From: a virus
Lineage: Duplodnaviria; Heunggongvirae; Uroviricota; Caudoviricetes
Reading direction: 5' to 3' (one strand)
IMG/VR virus record: IMGVR_UViG_2713896736_000008
DNA length: 6,277 bases
Shown here in pieces: positions 1 through 5,719 of this stretch. The notes beneath the pieces were generated by a model, which saw nothing but the letters and a program-made list of their open reading frames with translations, was not told where the DNA came from and did no database searches. Each line of letters opens with the position of its first letter. Positions within the stretch are counted from its first letter, which is position 1. The translations under genes were made by a program, and so were the position numbers.

Positions 1-25
1 CCTCTGCAAAACCCCTCTGCAAAAC
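1..25. repeat. Tandem direct repeat: CCTCTGCAAAAC at 1-12 and again at 14-25 (1-nt spacer), at the window edge just 3' of int
   Basis: Exact 12-mer duplication read directly from the sequence. Position immediately downstream of int is where att-core or Int/IHF-binding sequence would be expected, but the window is truncated. Confidence 0.5.
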
Positions 26-49
26 TGGTCATCAAATGACCAGTTTTTT
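25..49. terminator. Candidate bidirectional intrinsic terminator overlapping the int stop codon
   Basis: Perfect 8-bp stem CTGGTCAT (25-32) / ATGACCAG (36-43) with 3-nt loop CAA, preceded by AAAA (21-24) and followed by TTTTTT (44-49), so either strand's transcript has a hairpin plus U-tract. The int stop codon (32-34) lies inside the stem-loop. Confidence 0.5.
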
Positions 50-1162
50 CCATTCCTTACCGCGTGCGTCGTTGTAAATATCGGTCATTTTTTGATTCGA
101 ATGGCCTAGCAAAATTTTGGTATCAACCCCCTGCTCTCTGAACAATCGCTCTGATAAAGATCTCTGCTCATGGAAAGAGGGAGGGGTGCCATTAGCACGC
201 CAGTTGTAATCCACAGAATCCCGGGCTTTTTTAAATGCAACGGTTAATGTTGCTGGCTTAACCATCCCGCCGCGCTTAGCTGTCCCTTTCGCGTGATGGT
301 GGTGCAATAGCCACGGACTAAGAACGCAATCGCGGCAGGATGACACCACATCATCCAGGGTGAGATTTAATTTATCGCAACGCAGAGCCAGAGGGATGGC
401 AATCCGGGTTCCTGTTTTTTGCTGTTCGACATGAAGATAACCATCCCGGATATCCGAAAATTGCATTTTGCAAATATCTGAAAGGCGCTGGCCTGTCATC
501 AGTGCCAGCAGCATACCGCGCTGTAAAAAGTAACCATCCTTTTCCGCTGCGTTATAAATCATCATCCACTCATCAAAAGTCAGTCGCTGTCTTGATATCC
601 GCACCTGCGGTTTTTTTGCCGATTCTGCAGGGTTAAAGCCTGGCGGGACATCGCCCGTTTGCTGAGCTTCCCGGAAAACATCGATCAGTACTTTCCTGAA
701 AATTTGTCCCATTCTGTTATGTCCTCTGGCCTTGTACTCTTCCAGTACTGATACCACATCTTTTACGGTTATGGCATCTAACGGTCTGGTGCCAAAACGT
801 TCATCAAATACCCTGAGAGGGGCCGCTTTCTGTTTCAGCGTGTTGAGTTTGATCTCGCCGTTTTCATATCTTTCCTGTTGAATTTTTCTGTAATTATTCA
901 GAAAAATGGTAACGGTTGATGAACCGCCGGTATCACTAATAATTTTCTCCTGCAGACTGAGCATTTGTTCCATTTGCTGCCGGGCAAGACGGCTGTTCGC
1001 TTCTGCTGCAATAGTTTCTGCCAGTTTCTGGTCAATACTGCCGAGACCGTGATTTTTGCCTGTTATGGGATGCCTGTAACGCCAGTAAACTTTGTTATTT
1101 CTTTTGTCAAAATACGGAGATAATCCCGGAACATCGGTTTTATATTTTCGCGGGCGCGCCAT
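32..1162 (-). CDS. int: Lambda-family tyrosine integrase (site-specific recombinase), 376 aa
   Basis: Full-length ORF. Translation aligns by eye along its length with lambda Int (e.g. RQRLTFDEWMMIYNAAEKDGYFL...TGQRLSDICKMQFSDIRDGYLHVEQQKTGTRIAIPLAL vs lambda RSRLTADEYLKIYQAAESS...TGQRVGDLCEMKWSDIVDGYLYVEQSKTGVKIAIPTAL). Catalytic-type residues present: Arg in TGQR, His-x-x-Arg in FHEQRS, His in LLGHSNQ, and the C-terminal Tyr in MTDIYNDARG. Confidence 0.93.
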   Translation of the reverse strand: MARPRKYKTDVPGLSPYFDKRNNKVYWRYRHPITGKNHGLGSIDQKLAETIAAEANSRLARQQMEQMLSLQEKIISDTGGSSTVTIFLNNYRKIQQERYENGEIKLNTLKQKAAPLRVFDERFGTRPLDAITVKDVVSVLEEYKARGHNRMGQIFRKVLIDVFREAQQTGDVPPGFNPAESAKKPQVRISRQRLTFDEWMMIYNAAEKDGYFLQRGMLLALMTGQRLSDICKMQFSDIRDGYLHVEQQKTGTRIAIPLALRCDKLNLTLDDVVSSCRDCVLSPWLLHHHHAKGTAKRGGMVKPATLTVAFKKARDSVDYNWRANGTPPSFHEQRSLSERLFREQGVDTKILLGHSNQKMTDIYNDARGKEWKKLVI

Positions 1163-1388
1163 CTTCCAGTATCCTCTTCAAAGCAGGGTGATCTGTGGCG
1201 ATCACCTCCGGCTTGTTTACCATTCCGACAAAGCGAGCTTGCGGATCCACTCGCCAGCGTCTTCCAACTTTTTTGGGGAGAGGAAATATCATTCCGGCTT
1301 TAGCGTATTTACTTAACGTACTCGGAGTAGGGACCGGTTCACTGAATTCCTCTTTTGCCCACTCAGTGAGCAGAATAAGTCTTGCCAT
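1140..1388 (-). CDS. xis: Excisionase (Xis-like), 82 aa
   Basis: Small ORF directly upstream of int and overlapping its start by 23 nt, as xis/int do in lambda. Sequence pattern LILLTEWAKEE...AGMIFPLPKKVGRRWRV resembles lambda Xis (LTLQEWNARQ...CRIFPPPVKDGREY). The ribosome-binding site is weak. Confidence 0.78.
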   Translation of the reverse strand: MARLILLTEWAKEEFSEPVPTPSTLSKYAKAGMIFPLPKKVGRRWRVDPQARFVGMVNKPEVIATDHPALKRILEDGAPAKI

Positions 1389-1424
1389 GAGCGTCGTTCG
1401 CTAATCATGGTCGCCGCCACTATA

Positions 1425-1432
1425 GCTGGTGG
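1425..1432 (+). other. Chi octamer 5'-GCTGGTGG-3' in the exonuclease-xis intergenic region
   Basis: Exact match to the E. coli Chi sequence, read directly. The motif is certain; whether it functions here is not. Confidence 0.5.
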
Positions 1433-1452
1433 GCAACGACCGGGGTTGAACA

Positions 1453-3073
1453 TTAAAAATCAGCCTGATTCGGGATCAGTTTTTGCCAGATAACTGAAAC
1501 GTATTTTGCCTGGTAACGGGCGTCATCAAGTGCATTATGGCGCTCACCTTCGAATGGAATAGCCGTTCTGGCATCGAAGTCTATGGCTTTCCCCAGCTCA
1601 ACGATTGTGCGTACATCGCGATCGTTGTAGTAACGCCACGGGCAGGGGATCCCCTGCCGTTCGTATGAACGGCGCAAAATCGTGTTGTCGAAGTTGGCTC
1701 CATTTCCCCAGACCTGAACAAAAAATTCACCGGAGTTTTCGTCGATAAATTCCCGCAATTGTAATAGTGCATCATCTAACGGGATTTCATCGGTCATAAT
1801 GGCAGATTGCGCTTCGCGTGATTGCTTAAGCCACCATTTAATGGTGTCCCGATCAATGACCCCGCCAGCAGTTTCCAGATCGATAGTCTTACTAAATTCC
1901 GGTCCCATATCTCCGGTTTGCGGATCGAAAAATATTGCACCTATTGAGATGATCGGGGCATCAGGATTTTTTCCCATGGTTTCAAGGTCGATCATTAGAT
2001 GGTCACACGTCCTGCTGGTGGATGTGATTTCTTGATGACCGTTCACCTTAATTGAGTGATCTGCCGTCTCGCCAGTTTCATTATCGCTATCGTGATGCTG
2101 ATTGCCGTCAGTGTTCTCCTTGTGTGGATGTTCAGCGCCTTCCATTTCCTCCGGATCATCTTCCTGAACTTCAACCTGATACTCTTCATCGAATGTTTCC
2201 TGGTATGTTGCGTCGCCCATCACCGCGCCACAATCAGGGCAGTTGCCGCCGCCGGTCTGACCGCAGGCGGTGCAGACTTTTTCCGGTTCCTGTTGCGCTA
2301 CTGGCTCAGGTTGTTTCGTTTCTGGCTCGTTTTGTTGCGTATTTGGGCTGTTTTGTTCCGCTTTCTGGTCGTTCTGTTCCGTTTCTTGCTGGTTCTGGTT
2401 CACAGAATCGCGGGTTTCAATCCCCTTCACCCATTTCGGATCATTCGGGTCGCTAATCCCTGCAACAAATTCACCACGTGATGCGGCGAGCAACTGATTG
2501 GCGTCAGGCTGGCTGATATTGGCTGCCTGCATAATTTTCTTTACTTCGTCAGCGGTAACTTTTACCGGTTCTGGTTGTTCAGAATTTTGTGCGGTATTTG
2601 CATTTTGCGGTAAGCCTGTGTATGTGCCATTTTTTCGGGCAAAATATTCTTCTTTTGTGATTTCAGTAGCCCCGGCAGCCAGCGCCTTATCCAGACCAGA
2701 AAGTTTGTTTGCGCGACCGTATTTTTCGCCATCCTTGTCGGTGAAGAGGAAGTAGAACGGCCCCTCACGTTCTACAGATGGTTCGACTTCCACTTTGCAT
2801 TCGGTTTTTTCGTTGTCTGGAATTGCCGTTTCCACTGCATCAGTTTCTGGTACTGGCGACGAGAGAGTATCAGTTGCGCTCTGATTTGTTCCTTCATCTT
2901 CAAACACGCCCTTTGTAGTCAGGTATTCAGTAATGTATTTGTTCAGTGCCACAGGGTCTTTGTGAATGTCGATCGGACGTTCACGGACAAGGCCAAAAAT
3001 AGTCTGGCGGTCGTAGCGAAGGGCATCAGGCTGTTTGCGCATTGATGCCGAGATACGCTTCCAGTCTTCGCGG
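1453..3073 (-). CDS. RecE-family (exodeoxyribonuclease VIII-like) protein with C-terminal DnaQ-like DEDDh 3'-5' exonuclease domain; partial, 5' end lies in the N-masked region (about 539 codons visible)
   Basis: Long minus-strand ORF ending at the stop at 1453-1455. The central part (QLLAASRGEFVAGISDPNDPKWVKGIETRDSVNQNQQETEQNDQKAEQNSP...CTACGQTGGGNCPDCGAVMGDATYQETFDEEYQVE...PEEMEGAEHPH) matches, by recollection, the non-catalytic middle of Rac RecE. The C-terminal ~185 aa (about nt 1456-2010) carry DEDDh motifs: MIDLET (Asp-x-Glu), WGNGANFDNTIL (Asp), HNALDDARYQAKY (His...Asp). The 21-aa N-terminal extension the ORF track adds at 3480-3543 is discarded because that stretch is in the coding frame of the upstream gene. 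Confidence 0.85.
2014..2021 (+). other. Second Chi octamer 5'-GCTGGTGG-3', inside the exonuclease coding region, same orientation as the first
   Basis: Exact match read directly from the sequence. Confidence 0.5.
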
Positions 3074-3479
3074 NNNNNNNNNNNNNNNNNNNNNNNNNNN
3101 NNNNNNNNNNNNNNNNNNNNNNNNNNNNNNNNNNNNNNNNNNNNNNNNNNNNNNNNNNNNNNNNNNNNNNNNNNNNNNNNNNNNNNNNNNNNNNNNNNNN
3201 NNNNNNNNNNNNNNNNNNNNNNNNNNNNNNNNNNNNNNNNNNNNNNNNNNNNNNNNNNNNNNNNNNNNNNNNNNNNNNNNNNNNNNNNNNNNNNNNNNNN
3301 NNNNNNNNNNNNNNNNNNNNNNNNNNNNNNNNNNNNNNNNNNNNNNNNNNNNNNNNNNNNNNNNNNNNNNNNNNNNNNNNNNNNNNNNNNNNNNNNNNNN
3401 NNNNNNNNNNNNNNNNNNNNNNNNNNNNNNNNNNNNNNNNNNNNNNNNNNNNNNNNNNNNNNNNNNNNNNNNNNNNNNN
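3074..3479. other. 406-nt run of N (masked or unresolved sequence)
   Basis: Read directly. It hides the 3' end of the ORF at 3480-4051 and the 5' end of the exonuclease ORF. Every X run in the six-frame track comes from this block. Confidence 1.
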
Positions 3480-4051
3480 TCTGCCTGAATTTCGGGCCAT
3501 TTGGCACCAGGCTTACATTTATGCTTAACCCACCCGATGGCATGCAGCTTAAGCTCCGGATACATGGCGTTAACTTCTGGCATTTTCATCAACGCTTCAA
3601 CGATATGTCCGTCGAATGTTGCCATGTCTTCCTGCAACAATTCCTGCGCGCTAATCACCATATCAACGGTGATGTTTTCACATGTGTCGAACTTAACCAT
3701 GACAGCGTTCTGTACTTCAGGGGCCAGCTTGTCAAAAGCGACGTTCATCGGATCGGATTCAGTCTCAACCGGGACAAAGGAAGCAGCCCCCTCATCCCAG
3801 CGGTTTTCCTGCATATATTCAGCATCCCAGGAATCGAGGGCAGGGCGGGGTATACCGGGTTTATCCTCGCAAACAAGAAATTTATAAGCGCAGTCCTGAG
3901 CAGCCGGATAATGCTCCAGGAATTGCCAGTGAAATTTTGCGCGGGCGCGACGTTCATCACCGGCTTCAATGGCAGTGGCTACAGCGACTGCACCTTCTTC
4001 CTTTATTGCCTGTTCGTCCGGAATGGCGGCGCAAATAAAGACTTTACTCAT
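3480..4051 (-). CDS. Hypothetical prophage protein, at least 190 aa, 3' end hidden in the N run; positional equivalent of Qin ydfE (equivalence is tentative)
   Basis: ATG at 4051-4049 with GAGG Shine-Dalgarno 9 nt upstream (AATGAGGTAAAACAAA-ATG). Protein-like translation (MSKVFICAAIPDEQAIKEEGAVAVATAIEAGDERRARAKFHWQFLEHYPAAQD...). Sits immediately downstream (in transcription order) of ydfD/dicB. Reading frame differs from the exonuclease ORF, so with the N run at its stated length these are two genes. Confidence 0.7.
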
Positions 4052-4143
4052 TTTGTTTTACCTCATTACAGATTTAAGGGTGAACAAATCCCTGCCATTG
4101 CTGGCATATAAGAATGAAATCGGATGTTTATTACGGAACTGTT

Positions 4144-4335
4144 TTAAAGACCTGCCGGGATTTCGTTATTATCATGGTGAATAACTTTATCGACAGGGTA
4201 ACAGTTACCGGGAATTTTCTGTTCGGTTGCTGCAGTCACACACTCCTGCATTGTCCTGTGAACACTGACTGCAATATCAACTGGCTCTCCGGAAACAAGA
4301 AAAACTGTCAGAACAAGTGCAAATGCTGTATTCAT
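4144..4335 (-). CDS. ydfD: YdfD-like small membrane (lysis) protein, 63 aa
   Basis: ATG at 4335-4333 overlaps the dicB stop TGA (4334-4332) as ATGA, implying translational coupling. N-terminus MNTAFALVLTVFLVSG is a single hydrophobic helix. Size and position directly downstream of dicB match ydfD of the Qin prophage. AAGGA Shine-Dalgarno 8 nt upstream. The track's longer 81-aa form (start 4389) and an ATG at 4344 are alternative starts. Confidence 0.68.
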   Translation of the reverse strand: MNTAFALVLTVFLVSGEPVDIAVSVHRTMQECVTAATEQKIPGNCYPVDKVIHHDNNEIPAGL

Positions 4336-4520
4336 TGCCAGCATCCTTTTTGTATCGGACGTAAACGGGCCAGCATTGAAAGAATGCATATTTTATTTAA
4401 TAACTCCCGTTCGTGTTTTCTCTTGTTAATGGCATCTTCAGTAAATACAGGGTTACTGATAGTGACACCAATTTCAAAACAACCTTCAGACGTATTAACG
4501 TTTGGTAATAACGTTTCCAT
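4332..4520 (-). CDS. dicB: Cell-division inhibitor DicB homolog, 62 aa
   Basis: Translation METLLPNVNTSEGCFEIGVTISNPVFTEDAINKRKHERELLNKICILSMLARLRPIQKGCWQ is near-identical, by recollection, to E. coli K-12 Qin DicB (MKTLLPNVNTSEGCFEIGVTISNPVFTEDAINKRKQERELLNKICIVSMLARLRLMPKGCAQ). GAGGA Shine-Dalgarno 7 nt upstream of the ATG at 4520-4518. The track ORF 4332..4625 extends this frame upstream to a GTG. Confidence 0.88.
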   Translation of the reverse strand: METLLPNVNTSEGCFEIGVTISNPVFTEDAINKRKHERELLNKICILSMLARLRPIQKGCWQ

Positions 4521-4689
4521 TATCGCGTCCTCAACAATGAATTTTGTGATGCGGTGCCTGGTGCCTCCAGGTGACGTTAACCAGTTAACAATTAACGCCG
4601 GATACAGAGAATCCACCCATAACACTGTTTTTAGCTTTAACTGTTCCGCGTGCGCTCAGCCGCATTCACTGCATCACAAAATTCACTTT

Positions 4690-4745
4690 AAAAAGGGCGG
4701 ACATCAGTTCATGGGCAAACAGATGCCGCCAAACGTCACCAGAAA
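4690..4745 (-). ncRNA. dicF: DicF small RNA homolog (about 56 nt) ending in an intrinsic terminator
   Basis: Minus strand reads UUUCUGGUGACGUUUGGCGGCAUCUGUUUGCCCAUGAACUGAUGUCCGCCCUUUUU. The 5' part UUUCUGGUGACGUUUGGCGG matches DicF as recalled from K-12. The 3' part forms a 9-bp stem with one bulged A (GGCGG(A)CAUC at 4696-4705 paired with GAUGCCGCC at 4722-4730 on the + strand) followed by U5 (4690-4694). Location just upstream of dicB matches the dicF-dicB arrangement. Confidence 0.72.
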
Positions 4746-4746
4746 A

Positions 4747-5078
4747 TTGATAACAGAGGGCGTTGCAGCGGGGTTGTCACTTAAGCGTATGGTCAACCTG
4801 ACAACCCGGTGTCCTCAACGGGGAAGGAATAACCCCGCCATACTTACCGCTGCGCCATTTCGCGGAGTGCCACAACCGGAAGCGCACGGTCGACGAAAAT
4901 TTAACGACAGGCTATCTATGAACCAGCAACCTCGCCGTGCGCTTTCGCGTTATGCTCTGACTTTTCAGAGAAATATCCTTTCAGTAAACTGTCAGTGCCG
5001 GATGTTCACCCGTGTCCGGCGCACGCACTCCACTTCACCCGTGGAGAACTCCTTAATTACCAACCCTCAGGAGGGTGA
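4747..5078 (-). promoter_or_regulatory. GC-rich, ORF-poor, hairpin-dense segment upstream of dicF; candidate structured precursor/leader RNA or regulatory region
   Basis: No minus-strand ORF with a usable start; stops are dense in all three minus frames. Hairpins on the + strand numbering: 4771-4779/4799-4807 (9 bp), 4819-4823/4833-4837 (5 bp), 4876-4889/4935-4948 (13 bp with one G-U), 4995-5004/5013-5022 (10 bp with G-U pairs), 5028-5033/5041-5046 (6 bp). Short motifs repeat within it (see findings). Confidence 0.4.
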
Positions 5079-5312
5079 ATGTTAAAATCAACTCTTATTG
5101 CTAAATGCCTTTATCAAAATCGCATGGTAAGCAGCATTTCAATAGGCGAGTCTGCAGTTAAAAGTATTTTCGAAGAGTACTTTCCCGGGCATGATTTTAA
5201 TAAATGGAATACCAAATTACCGCCAGCAGTTTCAACGCGTATTCTGAAAGCAACCGAAAGAGCAAGTACAATTCGCGTTAACTATTTCATTAAAGATTTG
5301 TGGGATCTTTGA
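5079..5312 (+). CDS. Hypothetical small protein, 77 aa, on the strand opposite the surrounding operon
   Basis: ATG at 5079 preceded by a strong Shine-Dalgarno AGGAGG (5069-5074, 4-nt spacer). AT-rich codon usage contrasts sharply with the GC-rich sequence immediately upstream. Its 3' end overlaps the convergent 135-aa gene by 23 nt. No family recognised. Confidence 0.55.
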   Translation: MLKSTLIAKCLYQNRMVSSISIGESAVKSIFEEYFPGHDFNKWNTKLPPAVSTRILKATERASTIRVNYFIKDLWDL

Positions 5313-5697
5313 TATCCACAGAGCCTAAAGTATGTGCATATGGATGTGCTATTATGCGCCCTCGCAGATTTGCATCATTTTCTAAATTCACTGAACGAAA
5401 CAGGGCATCAACAAGGCTCTGTACAATGCAAAGGCAATCGAAGACTGTCGCCGTTTCTGTTTTGATTGATGAAAGAACATGGCCATTCACGCAAACAGAA
5501 ATTACCCGTTTATTAACATCGCTTTCCTGCTTTTGATTATCAGAACCATATAGCCCAGAAAAAGCATTGCGCACATTACGAACCATATTATCGATGGTTT
5601 CTTTTTCTGCGGTACTAAGGTCAAGAGTAGCCAGTTGTGAACGAACTATATTCGATGCCATTTCCTGTAATGGCGTTGGTAAATCTTTAAATTCCAT
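5290..5697 (-). CDS. Hypothetical protein, 135 aa
   Basis: ATG at 5697-5695 with GAGG Shine-Dalgarno about 7 nt upstream, only 22 nt downstream of the 72-aa gene stop (operon-like). No helix-turn-helix or other motif recognised. Confidence 0.65.
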   Translation of the reverse strand: MEFKDLPTPLQEMASNIVRSQLATLDLSTAEKETIDNMVRNVRNAFSGLYGSDNQKQESDVNKRVISVCVNGHVLSSIKTETATVFDCLCIVQSLVDALFRSVNLENDANLRGRIIAHPYAHTLGSVDIKDPTNL

Positions 5698-5719
5698 TAT
5701 TAGCCTCGTTGGTTAGCTA

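Noticed and set aside
1092-1404. Plus-strand ORFs 1092..1316 (74 aa) and 1195..1404 (69 aa)
   Set aside because: They lie antisense to the int/xis coding sequence, have no ribosome-binding site, and give low-complexity, non-protein-like translations. They are shadow ORFs.
1581-2768. Track ORFs inside the exonuclease gene: 1581..1775 (-), 1799..2035 (+), 2052..2456 (+), 2056..2481 (+), 2270..2497 (+), 2498..2755 (+), 2562..2768 (-)
   Set aside because: All are alternative-frame or antisense shadows of the long exonuclease ORF. Their translations are Cys/Phe/Leu/Arg-rich artefacts of the low-complexity linker region.
3501-3969. Plus-strand 128-aa ORF (3501..3887) and minus-strand 74-aa ORF (3745..3969)
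   Set aside because: Both overlap the better-supported minus-strand gene 3480..4051 in other frames and have no start signals.
2943-4111. Track ORFs that owe their length to the N run (2943..3500 -, 3035..4111 +, 3042..3488 +) and the 21-aa 5' extension of the exonuclease ORF (3480..3543 -)
   Set aside because: Their length comes from translating N as X. The only protein-like frame with a ribosome-binding site in 3480-4051 is the minus-strand frame starting at 4051.
4114-4625. The 5' two-thirds of the 323-aa plus-strand ORF, and the 71-aa ORF 3969..4184
   Set aside because: They are antisense to ydfD and dicB, with a Cys/His-rich nonsensical translation. This is the usual open antisense frame opposite real genes.
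4765-4853. An 89-nt multi-stem fold that superficially resembles a tRNA cloverleaf
   Set aside because: Stem and loop lengths are wrong for tRNA (9-bp first arm with 19-nt loop), and there is no T-loop or D-loop consensus.
4995-5022. REP/BIME-type extragenic palindrome (starts TGCCGGATG like REP)
   Set aside because: Only the first 9 nt match the REP consensus and the remainder diverges. It sits in prophage DNA, not a chromosomal intergenic site.
4626-5078. Retron msr/msd non-coding RNA
   Set aside because: Inverted repeats and stable hairpins are present, but there is no reverse-transcriptase ORF anywhere in the window. The downstream gene is only 77 aa.
5300-5536. Plus-strand 78-aa ORF 5300..5536
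   Set aside because: It is antisense to the 135-aa gene, has no ribosome-binding site, and is less protein-like than the minus-strand frame.
5290-5697. The 135-aa gene as DicA repressor
   Set aside because: The length is identical to DicA, but the sequence has no helix-turn-helix and does not match DicA as I recall it. The length match is coincidental.
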